NCBI GenBank assembly: GCA_963727805.1
Contig: CAVSHF010000003.1
Location: forward strand, 992,001 to 1,056,000
DNA: 64,000 nt
Direction of reading: 5' to 3'
Source: an uncultured Nitrospiraceae bacterium
GTDB taxonomy: Bacteria > Nitrospirota > Thermodesulfovibrionia > Thermodesulfovibrionales > Dissulfurispiraceae
How positions within the stretch are numbered: position 1 is the stretch's first letter; each line of letters opens with the position of its first letter. This document shows positions 1 to 9,146 of this stretch, piece after piece. The notes below the pieces were generated by a model. That model saw only the letters and a program-made list of their open reading frames with translations, made no database searches and had not been told where the DNA came from. Position numbers and translations under genes: made by a program.

Positions 1-98
1 CATATATTGCATATTTCATTCATTGTCATTGGTCTCCCTCATTTTGTTGCATCATTCGGGGAGAAGACGGCGCCCTGTCCCCGCATGATGAACGACAA

Positions 99-920
99 TT
101 AAGATATCTTCGCTGCCTTGGCGATCGGTGGGGTCGGGATATTCGAGCCGTGACGTTCGATGCAGTTGCTCTGAGCAGTGATACCGTAGTTTGCAGAAGA
201 TACAGTACCATTCGTTTCGTACTTGCCGTCCTTCCAGGCATTCAAAAGTTTGACAACATGATAGACCGTGCTTGCGGTGACGCGGGCACAACGGTCCTTT
301 CGTTCGGGGCTCTTAAGATCTTTGTCTGCTGCCTTCATCCATTTGCAGACCGATATGTGGCAAAAAGGAGAATCGCTGACTGTTTTAGGAAGGACAGTTT
401 TGATCCTGGGATTGCTGGGCGTGAAGATCGGCATCTGCGCATTGGCATACCAATCAAGCATTTCGCCTCCCATCAGCGCGCCATCTTCAGACCCGGCTAT
501 CCGAGGCTTATTATCATATTGGCCACTATATTGGCTCCCATAGGCGCGCCGCAGATGGTCCCCCATCCCATGATTCCACCTTCGAGAAGGAGCAAGAGTC
601 TATATGAAAAGACTTGTATGGCTCTCCAACTTTCTCTCTCAGCTGAGTGAAGACGCTGCTGATCACGGCCGCGCCGCAAAGAGTCGACACCATTCATTAT
701 GGGCAAGTGCAGCGGTTTGCGCAGGGTCAAGCTTCACATACGGCCATGGCCATTTTTCTGTCGGCCCTTCCCTGGCTTCCGCGTTAGAAAGTAAGTTCCC
801 GAGCTGATCGGCAGTCGAGCCGATAGCTAATAATCCTGCACCTGCAATGAACTTTCTTCTTGAAACCGTGTCGTTTCCGGATACCTTTTTTTTAATCCTC
901 CTTTGTATGAAATTATTCAA
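99..920 (-). pseudogene. Frameshifted split-Soret cytochrome c / C-GCAxxG-C-C family protein
   Basis: Tat-like SRRKF signal and KWPWPYVKLDP in ORF 663..920. CGAAVISSVFTQLREKVGEPYKSF continues in another frame, EGGIMGWGTICG lies in ORF 497..730, and SPFCHISV..ERKDRCARVTAS in ORF 99..566. About three 1-nt frameshifts (near 680, 595, 505); the C-terminal heme motif reads CIERH instead of CxxCH. Confidence 0.75.
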
Positions 921-983
921 ATAATGCGAATCTCCTGATCCGGCGTGGATGACTATAGACGTTCATCCTTGTCTTTATCCGAC

Positions 984-2072
984 CTAGTCCTTCATTGGCT
1001 TGATGAACATGAAGTAGACCATCGTCCAGTTGCCGAGGATTATAAATATGGTCGCCACGATGCTTGATAGGGCGAGGGATGAAACGCCGGTCAACGCATG
1101 ACCTACGGTGCATCCCCCTGCAGTCGCTGCTCCAAAGCCCATAACGAGGCTGCCAAGGAAAACCCGTATGATTTCATTCGCCGGAGGGGCCTGTAATTTG
1201 AATTCGCCGAGTCCTTTGGCGCTAATGTAAGCGCCTAGTGGAATACCCAAAATATATAAAGCACTCCAGGTGCCCTTGAAAATCCCCCAAAAATTAAACA
1301 TAGGATCGAATTTGGACATACTGTCTCCCATCGTCACGGCTAGGAATGCCTCTGCCGTCGGTCCCGCCGCCGAAAGGCCTCGTGTCTGCCCTCCCCAGTA
1401 ATTTGATGCCCAGAGCGCAAAGATAAGGATCACGCCGATCATGGCGCCGGTGAGGGACCATGAATAGCCTTTCCTCGGTCCCTTGGCAAAGGGCTTCCCT
1501 TTCAGGACAATCGGAATGATGATGAGAGCGATAACGCCGATGACTGCCCATTTCATCGATAACCCGCCAAAGATATCCCACAACGCAGGGTTGAAGACGG
1601 CCTCATCGCCGCTGCCAATCGAAACTTTGTAGCTCTTCAGGAATTCCATGACTGGTTTGAGGGGACCATGATAGGTAGCGATAAGAGAAGAGGCAAAACC
1701 GAGAGTGGCCACGAGAGCGGATGTATAGCCTTCTCCCACACGGTATATTATGCCGCTACCGCAACCGCCGGCCATCACAATGCCAAGTCCGAAGACATAG
1801 CCGCCGACCATATTGGCGATAACATTGAAGGATTGCCTCCTGAGACCGAAATCACCCATAAATCCGAAGTCTTCAAGCAGATTCGCGCCAATGATTGCGA
1901 TCAAAAGTGCCAGCAGATATGACCGGAATAAGGTAAAGTCTTCGAGAAATATGATGTCTCTAAAAGCCGAATTCATGCAGTAACGACCTCTCTGAAGAAC
2001 AAAACCGAAAAGAATACCGACAAAGAGCCCACTTGCCAATACCATAAAACTTGCCTGCTGGACTTCCTCCAT
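984..2072 (-). CDS. YeeE/YedE family (thiosulfate/sulfur-compound) transporter
   Basis: Hydrophobic 362 aa; LQRGRYCMNS, GGCGSG and GGCTVGH Cys motifs typical of YeeE/YedE; AAGGAG RBS upstream. Confidence 0.9.
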   Translation of the reverse strand: MEEVQQASFMVLASGLFVGILFGFVLQRGRYCMNSAFRDIIFLEDFTLFRSYLLALLIAIIGANLLEDFGFMGDFGLRRQSFNVIANMVGGYVFGLGIVMAGGCGSGIIYRVGEGYTSALVATLGFASSLIATYHGPLKPVMEFLKSYKVSIGSGDEAVFNPALWDIFGGLSMKWAVIGVIALIIIPIVLKGKPFAKGPRKGYSWSLTGAMIGVILIFALWASNYWGGQTRGLSAAGPTAEAFLAVTMGDSMSKFDPMFNFWGIFKGTWSALYILGIPLGAYISAKGLGEFKLQAPPANEIIRVFLGSLVMGFGAATAGGCTVGHALTGVSSLALSSIVATIFIILGNWTMVYFMFIKPMKD

Positions 2073-2187
2073 AGAGCTTCTCCTTTTTCTTCAATTAATC
2101 ATTTGTGTGGCAATGCCACGACTACCGAATTATCTCCTTTCGTCCATATGACGAACGACCAAGCCGACTTTTTCAAAAAAGGAACAA

Positions 2188-2317
2188 TGGAGGGGAGCAG
2201 TGGGAATCGAACCCACCACGGCACCTTATGAGTGCGACACACTGCTTTGACGCCCGTATGTCTTTAGCCGTGACACTGGTTTTGCAGACCAGGTGAGGCG
2301 CCAACCCCGTGCCCCCC
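2188..2317 (-). tRNA. Atypical tRNA-Cys(GCA) on a tRNA-Sec-like scaffold with a 59-nt variable region (selC*-like)
   Basis: Minus strand: acceptor GGGGGGCA/TGCTCCCC, discriminator T, encoded CCA; D arm GGGGT-TGGC-GCCTC; anticodon arm CTGGT-CTGCAAA-ACCAG; T arm GTGGG-TTCGATT-CCCAC; 130 nt in total. Confidence 0.8.
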
Positions 2318-2548
2318 GGGAACAGCTCACAAAAGAGACGGCTCCCGCCTTTTACGCTATCCGTACAACGGAAACAGCAGGTTATTTGACTTGATATGGG
2401 TTCCGAACTGGAACGGCGAAACTGAAGGGTATTCATATCTTCATTCGGTTCGCCTTTTTTGATACGTCGTGGGAAGTTGTCTCGGAGAGTGTCCTATATT
2501 GAAGGCCTATGCCCATGTCTATGATAGCTTGGTGGATCATTTGCAGAT

Positions 2549-2578
2549 AATTTAGTATTGCTTCAATATATATGTCAA
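2549..2578 (-). promoter_or_regulatory. Possible sigma70 promoter upstream of the atypical tRNA and yeeE
   Basis: TTGACA-18 nt-TAAATT on the minus strand in an AT-rich intergenic stretch. Confidence 0.35.
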
Positions 2579-3279
2579 ATTGTTTTTGTGGATGGCTTAA
2601 ACGGGAGTAATAGATTTGTCGCTACAATCCAAAAACTGGCGGACGCCGAATGGCGGAGAATGCGGGCGTAACATTAAAGTTACCGGTAACCAACGGTGTC
2701 CCTGAAATATCCGATGCGTTGACTTTTTGGTAACATCAAATAAATGTTCCAGCGATGTTCCTATAATCGACAATGCACTCGACACGGTGAAGACGCTTTG
2801 TTTCAATAAGTAATCGAGAGCGGTACTGTTCGTCAATCTTTACCGAGTTCGTCTCCCTGTCATGTTTGTGAGCGTATAGATAAAAGATTCTCTCAGAGGA
2901 AAAGAACGATAGTTGAGATAATATTTTGAAAGTAATTTGCTATAATTAAACGAATAATAAGAGGTTTATGCTCCACTTTAATCTGCTAGCGTGATATCTT
3001 TCATAGCGCCAGAAGAAGACAGGGGTAGCTGTAAATATGTAACGCCTCGAAGCAGGCTAAGTTCAGTCATCTGATAAAAGGGTGCAATTGATCTCTTTTG
3101 GAAAAAACATCTTTGGCCGGAAGTCGTCTCCAACCAAGACATCTACGCTAACTTCGGGCAACTCCCTCCAAAAGTATTTATCTCGCATCACAAAAGATCG
3201 ATCTGTTGCTAACGGTGATATAATCAAGTTTCAGACCTCAAGCAAGACAACAGCGATCGTAAACAGGTGGAGATAGACC

Positions 3280-5592
3280 ATGGCAGAAAGGAATAAGCGC
3301 AAGATGCCAGATGATCATTCATACTTACGCCGGAGAGCCGAGGAGGTGCTGAAAGGGCACGGGGAATTGGACAAAATTCCCGCCGCTCATTTAACGCGCA
3401 TATTTCACGAGTTACAGGTGCATCAGATGGAGCTGGAGATGCAGAATGATGAACTTCGCCGTACGCAGCAGGAACTCGAAACAGCCCGCGAAAAATATTT
3501 TGACCTATATGACCTAGCCCCATCGGGATATGTCTCCCTAAACGAAAAGGGAATAATACTGGAGGCCAATCTAGCGTTCGCAACATTGTTGGGAGTAGAG
3601 AGAAGCAATTTAGTCGGGCAGCCGCTGTTCCGGTTCATATACAGGGAAGATCAGGACTTATATTACCATTGTCATAAACAGCTTGTTGGAACAAATGCGA
3701 ATCAGGCGTGCGTACTGAGAATGGTGAGAAAGAACGGTGCCTCACTTTGGGTGCAAATCGATATCAGCACAGCTCAAGGCATCGACGATACGACGGGGTC
3801 CCGCGCAGTCATAATCGATATCACTGAGCGGAAACAGATAGAGGAGACGCTGAAGAAAAGCGAAAAGCGCTATCACTCGCTCTTTGAAAACATGTCTGAG
3901 GGGTCTGCTTACTGCAAAATGCTTTACGACAATAACGGCAGCCCGACAGATTTTGTCTACCTCGCGGTCAACTCGGCATTCGAATGGCTGACCGGATTGC
4001 ACAATGTAGTGGGTAAGAATGTCACAGAGGTAATCCCAGGGATTAAAGAGTCACATCCGGAGTTATTCGAGATATATAGCCGGGTGGCATTGACTGGTCG
4101 GCCGGAGAAATTTGAGATCGAATTCAAACCTTTGGTGTTATGGTTCTCTATTTCAGTTTATAGCACTGAAAAGAATTACTTCGTAGCTGTTTTTGATGAC
4201 ATTACCGAGCGTAAGCAGGCGGACCGTCGCCAGACACTTTCGGCTCAAATCCGTGGCATTCTGAACGATCCGCCTGCCATTGCTGATGCAATCAGCCGTA
4301 TCATCACCGAAATTAAGAGGGACATGGTCTTTGACGCTGTGGGAATTCGCCTGCATCGCGGTGATGACTTTCCGTATGTTGCTCAGGACGGTTTTTCTAA
4401 AGAATTTCTCATTAAGGAAAATACGCTAGCTGTTCGCAGTCAGAATGGCGGGGTTTGCATGGATAAAGATGGCAACATCAGCTTGGAGTGTACCTGCGGT
4501 CTGGTTATTTCCGGACGGACTGATCCGACAAATCCCGTTTTTACTCCGAGGGGAAGCTTCTGGACCAACGAGTCATTTACATTATTGGATCTCCCGATTG
4601 ACAAGGATCCGAGGCTTCATCCTCGGAACCGCTGCATACTCGAGGGCTTTCATTCCGTGGCTCTCATTCCGCTGAGGGCCGGCAGCCAGATCGTAGGCAT
4701 ACTGCAACTCAACGATCGTAGACCCAACCGATTCACACCTGAGCTAATCTCTTTCTTTGAAGAACTGGCCGCCATTATTGGCATTGCTTTTGCGCGTAAG
4801 CAGGCGGAGGAGGAGATGAAAGAAGCAAGGGAACTGAGCGATGCCTTGAACTTAAAGCTCGAAGAGGCCAATAAAGACCTAGAAGCTTTTAGCTATTTGG
4901 TTTCTCACGATTTGAATGCACCCCTACGTCACATGACAGGCTTTGCGAAACTGCTGCAAAAGCGGATGGAAGAGCAACAGGATGAAAAAAGCCGCCAGTA
5001 TGCACTCTTGATATCCGATGCGTCGACAAAGATGGCGAGGCTTATCGATGACTTGCTTTCCTATTCACGTCTTGGCCGCGAAGAGATGCCAAAGAGGGAA
5101 GTGAACTTAGATCACCTCTTAAAGGAGTCCATCGATGAGATTTCAGAGGAAACGAAGGAGCGGGACATTATGTGGAAGCTTGGTGATCTGCCCACAGTCT
5201 ACGGTGAACAGTCGATGCTGAAGCTTGTGCTCGTCAATTTCATCTCCAACGCGGTCAAATTCACAAGTACTCGACCCAGAGCCGAAATCGAAATTGACTG
5301 CAACAAGGGCGAAAAAGAGGTTATATGTTTTGTTAAAGACAACGGTGCTGGGTTTGATATGAAACACGTGGACAGACTCTTCGGAGTATTCCAACGCCTC
5401 CACACACAGGACGAATTTGAAGGCACTGGCATCGGCCTAGCAAATGTTCGTCGTATCATTTCGTTGCATGGAGGCAGGACATGGGCCGAAAGCTCTGTGG
5501 GTAAAGGAGCTACGTTTTACTTTACACTTCCAATACCGAAAGAGCAAGAATATAATGTGCTCTCCCCAGGGGATCAGGCACCTGAAAGATGA
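3280..5592 (+). CDS. PAS-PAS-GAF sensor histidine kinase
   Basis: Two PAS/PAC repeats ending DITERK, a GAF domain, H-box SHDLNAPL, N-box NFISNAVKF, and DNGAGF and GTGIGL G-boxes. Confidence 0.92.
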   Translation: MAERNKRKMPDDHSYLRRRAEEVLKGHGELDKIPAAHLTRIFHELQVHQMELEMQNDELRRTQQELETAREKYFDLYDLAPSGYVSLNEKGIILEANLAFATLLGVERSNLVGQPLFRFIYREDQDLYYHCHKQLVGTNANQACVLRMVRKNGASLWVQIDISTAQGIDDTTGSRAVIIDITERKQIEETLKKSEKRYHSLFENMSEGSAYCKMLYDNNGSPTDFVYLAVNSAFEWLTGLHNVVGKNVTEVIPGIKESHPELFEIYSRVALTGRPEKFEIEFKPLVLWFSISVYSTEKNYFVAVFDDITERKQADRRQTLSAQIRGILNDPPAIADAISRIITEIKRDMVFDAVGIRLHRGDDFPYVAQDGFSKEFLIKENTLAVRSQNGGVCMDKDGNISLECTCGLVISGRTDPTNPVFTPRGSFWTNESFTLLDLPIDKDPRLHPRNRCILEGFHSVALIPLRAGSQIVGILQLNDRRPNRFTPELISFFEELAAIIGIAFARKQAEEEMKEARELSDALNLKLEEANKDLEAFSYLVSHDLNAPLRHMTGFAKLLQKRMEEQQDEKSRQYALLISDASTKMARLIDDLLSYSRLGREEMPKREVNLDHLLKESIDEISEETKERDIMWKLGDLPTVYGEQSMLKLVLVNFISNAVKFTSTRPRAEIEIDCNKGEKEVICFVKDNGAGFDMKHVDRLFGVFQRLHTQDEFEGTGIGLANVRRIISLHGGRTWAESSVGKGATFYFTLPIPKEQEYNVLSPGDQAPER

Positions 5593-5735
5593 TCCCATTG
5601 ATGGTTAATTCATCTCATTTTTTTTTGAGATTTTGTGGGTGCCCTACTCTGCAATATTGAATTCGAATTCCGGTGCTTAAAACTCTCGATTCGTAGTGAT
5701 AGCAAACAGCCGGAGAGAGTCGCCCACGGTGTTGA

Positions 5736-6758
5736 TTACGTGGTGGCGTCAATATTTTCAGGAGAAGAGACTTTCGGCAAATATACTCCCACTTTTGTGC
5801 CGCGGCCCGGTTTGCTGTCTATAAGGATCTTCCCCTTATGCCCCTCAATGATTTTTTTTGCTATAGGCATCCCCAGTCCCGATCCGGAGCTCTTCCTTGT
5901 ATAATACGGAATGAAAATATTTTCCAGTGTCTCCCTGTCCATTCCCGGTCCATTGTCCTCGATTCTAATGAGAAGATGCGACTTCTCGGGCGACATGCTG
6001 ATGCGAACATGCTGCCCTTTGCCCGATGCCTCGATTGCGTTATTGATGAGGTTAGAGAGCGCCCGTTCAACCCGAAAGCCATCAACTTCAGCCATTACAG
6101 ATTGCGAAGGAAGATCAAGTGTAAGTAAGGTGCCGTTTTCGTCAGCCTTCAACTTACAGGCTTCGCAGGATTTGTTAACAATATCCCGGATATCCTGCGC
6201 TTTGATCTCCAGCATTATCGGTTTCGCGAAGTCAAGAACATCAAATACTATCTTTTGCATGACCTCTGCCGATTCCATAATAACCTCGGCGGCGGTATCG
6301 TTATTCTCCTTTTTTTCCATAATGCGTTTGGCAAATCCCATGATAGTAATCAGCGGATTTTTTAGGTCATGCACTATCATCGTCGCTGCCTGCCCCAGAC
6401 CCATAAGATAGCGGTCTCTTTCGGATTGTTTGCGATATCGCCTTTCCCGGTCTATGAATGCGCCGGTAAGGACAGCAAACATGCCTATAAAAAAAAGGGC
6501 CAGAAGTCGTTCGGACAGAAAGGTCCCTGTAAGGTTCAGAAAAACATAGGGGAGATAAAGCACCAAAACAAAAATAAAGGCGCCGATTGCACCCCGTAAC
6601 CCGAAAAATAACGCCCCCAGCAGAACAGGTATATAGTACAGCTCGGCATATATGCCGAGCAAAGCGTGTATTGAAACAACCGTAGAATAGTGCAGATAGC
6701 TTATCAGTATCGTCAATGCGGAAATAACTGCCACAGAATATTTATTTCTATTGCTCAT
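5736..6758 (-). CDS. Membrane-bound sensor histidine kinase
   Basis: N-terminal TM helices; H-box VHDLKNPL; NLINNAIEA, DNGPGM and GSGLGM motifs. Confidence 0.9.
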   Translation of the reverse strand: MSNRNKYSVAVISALTILISYLHYSTVVSIHALLGIYAELYYIPVLLGALFFGLRGAIGAFIFVLVLYLPYVFLNLTGTFLSERLLALFFIGMFAVLTGAFIDRERRYRKQSERDRYLMGLGQAATMIVHDLKNPLITIMGFAKRIMEKKENNDTAAEVIMESAEVMQKIVFDVLDFAKPIMLEIKAQDIRDIVNKSCEACKLKADENGTLLTLDLPSQSVMAEVDGFRVERALSNLINNAIEASGKGQHVRISMSPEKSHLLIRIEDNGPGMDRETLENIFIPYYTRKSSGSGLGMPIAKKIIEGHKGKILIDSKPGRGTKVGVYLPKVSSPENIDATT

Positions 6759-6906
6759 AACCTTTCCGATTCAAAACCATCTGATTTTATTGCTGCTTCA
6801 AATATAGCCAGATATGATACGTCTGACAAACTGTGACTCGGATGGCCTCCCTGAGATTTTTTGTAATCAGCATTTCAAAGTACATTGCAGGTTAGAAGCT
6901 AGTACA

Positions 6907-8310
6907 TCAATGTCTTATGTTAGAAAGAGGTACAATTACTCTTACTGTAGTGCCTCTACCCTTGTCACTGGCAATCTCCACTTTCCCTCTCCAAGGATAA
7001 ACACGTTCACGCATTCCTATCAGACCGAAGGATTGAGGCTTTGATAGTTGTCCGTCTGTTATACCTTCGCCATTATCCATGACTTCCAGTGTCACTTGAT
7101 GGTCATCATCCTTTATTAGTCTTGCTGTCACCTTTGTCGCCTTTGCATGTTTGAGGACGTTTGTCAATGCTTCCTGGAATATTCTAAAAAACGCAATACC
7201 CCGTTCTTTGTCTAAATAGATATCAGAAGGTTCTTCGATAACAGTGCATTCAATTCCTGTTCGTTCCTGAAATTCATACGCCTGCCATTCCATCGCAGCC
7301 ACAAGGCCGAAATCATCCAATAGCGATGGTCTCAACTCAGTACAGATACGCTTGACCGACAGGATCGTCGCATTAAGTCCGTCCAGCATTGCACCGACCT
7401 TGTCGAAAAGCGGTTTGTGGTCTGCGTATTTGTTATGTAACCAGCTTAAATCCATCTTCATAGCCGTTAGCGTCTGACCAAGTTCATCGTGTATATCACG
7501 TGCAATGGTTCTTCTGTCATCTTCCCTGATGGTTTGCAAATGGGCGGCAAGATTACGTAATCGATCATGTGCCGTTTCTAGTTCTGCGGTTCGTTCCATA
7601 ACTTGCAACTCTAATTCCTCATGCGATCTCTTGAGAGCTTCTTCCATCTTCTTACGCTCGGTGATATCTGTGCCAATGCTCAACACTTCGACCAGGACTC
7701 CCCCAGAGTCAAACACCGCCCTATTGGTCCAGGAGATCCAGACCCGGCGGCCGTCATGGAGCATGTTCTCAATAACGTTCCCCTCGAATGCTGCAGGGTT
7801 CCTGCAAATGATTTCCATGAGCGGGCGGAAATCCTGGCCACTGCTTTCGGTTTCTGGCGTAACGGTACCGATCACGTTACGCCCGAGGATTTCGTCCTCC
7901 CGATACCCAAAGAACTTGCACCCGAACTCGTTTAGGAAGGTAATTTCACCGTCTGATTTCCAGCGCAGGATTATGCTGTTGGCGTTTTCGACTAGCTCGC
8001 GGTATTTAAATTCGCTTTCCCGCAGCGCAGCCTCGACTCGCTTGCGCTCGGCGATCTCTTTTTGCAATATCTGTTTTTCGAGTCCTATCTTTGCCGAGTA
8101 TCTAATGATAGGCAAGAGAATAAAAGTAACAATCAGAGACACAAAGATAGCGTCAATGGCACCGATCTCGGCAAGTTCACCTGAAATCATGCCCCCCCGC
8201 AAGATACTCTGAATTAAAGTAAGAACGAAGGTGAAGATTTCCGCAATAAGTACCGCAAATAGAAAAAAATGCCACGTTTTTATGCGTTCTAATGTTCGGA
8301 ATATATCCAT
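6907..8310 (-). CDS. PAS sensor histidine kinase, HisKA_3 (NarX/UhpB-like) type
   Basis: Two TM segments, PAS domain, IARDIHDELGQTLT, QEALTNVLKHA and SFGLIGMRER motifs. Confidence 0.9.
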   Translation of the reverse strand: MDIFRTLERIKTWHFFLFAVLIAEIFTFVLTLIQSILRGGMISGELAEIGAIDAIFVSLIVTFILLPIIRYSAKIGLEKQILQKEIAERKRVEAALRESEFKYRELVENANSIILRWKSDGEITFLNEFGCKFFGYREDEILGRNVIGTVTPETESSGQDFRPLMEIICRNPAAFEGNVIENMLHDGRRVWISWTNRAVFDSGGVLVEVLSIGTDITERKKMEEALKRSHEELELQVMERTAELETAHDRLRNLAAHLQTIREDDRRTIARDIHDELGQTLTAMKMDLSWLHNKYADHKPLFDKVGAMLDGLNATILSVKRICTELRPSLLDDFGLVAAMEWQAYEFQERTGIECTVIEEPSDIYLDKERGIAFFRIFQEALTNVLKHAKATKVTARLIKDDDHQVTLEVMDNGEGITDGQLSKPQSFGLIGMRERVYPWRGKVEIASDKGRGTTVRVIVPLSNIRH

Positions 8311-8554
8311 AGGCTGTATTATAGCGCAACTTTTGGCGCTAAGTCAGGATTCTGAGGATACACTTCCAGAGTCGTATGGTGCCTGCTACGAGAGGCGTTG
8401 TTTCAACCGGACAATAACTATATTCTTTCTGATATCATCAAGTTTCCAGTGATTGATTTGGATTTGATGGTTATCAAACATGCTCAGCAGGTATTTTAAG
8501 GATGGAGCAGCAATCGAGGAAACTACTTAAATAGTTTCTAATTTATGATCATTT

Positions 8555-8627
8555 TTAGTGGTCAGCAGTTATTGAGGACTTCTTGGTATGCAAATCGATT
8601 CCACAGTAAAATGTCATCGTGACCTCC
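8555..8627 (-). mobile_element. IS110-family transposase N-terminal remnant
   Basis: GGAGG RBS then ATG at 8617 giving MTFYCGIDLHTKKSSITADH*. Y-x-GIDLH matches the start of IS110 DEDD transposases; the rest of the gene is absent. Confidence 0.5.
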
Positions 8628-9146
8628 TTTTAGCTTTTGAATGCGATACAATTATCGTATCAAACGGATGTCGCTCTCAATAATTATCAAGCACTGCGCA
8701 CATTTAGCCAGGGGTGTTGATTTCCGAAAAAATGTGTCACAAGTGGCTTGCCGTGTACGCCCCTTACTCTTCACGGACCATTTAACTTAAGTCACATTAA
8801 GGTCAGCCACAATGCCGCATTTCTGAATGAAGAGTTCTGGTATCTCCCGCTCACTAAAAACAACGGCACTGCTTTATCAGTAAAGAGATAGATTAGTTTT
8901 AGAAATAGGCAAGACTTACTGGTCTAAATAAATACAAGCTTGTCAGTCAACTTTCCAGCTAGTATACTCATAGTACTACAGCTGATTCTTATATATATAC
9001 AAACAAAATGGCATCAAATTGGTTCAACCAGCTAGCTCTTTGATGCCGAGTCGCTTTAGTTGCCGCTCGGTCGCGTAGCACAAGTGTGGATTGTGGCGCG
9101 AGGGGGCTGCACTGCTGGGTGAAAACAGCATTATATTGCAAAAGGA

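Noticed and set aside
2173..2436. 87-aa ORF containing CCxxC
   Set aside because: Overlaps the tRNA-like element on the same strand and shows no family motif.
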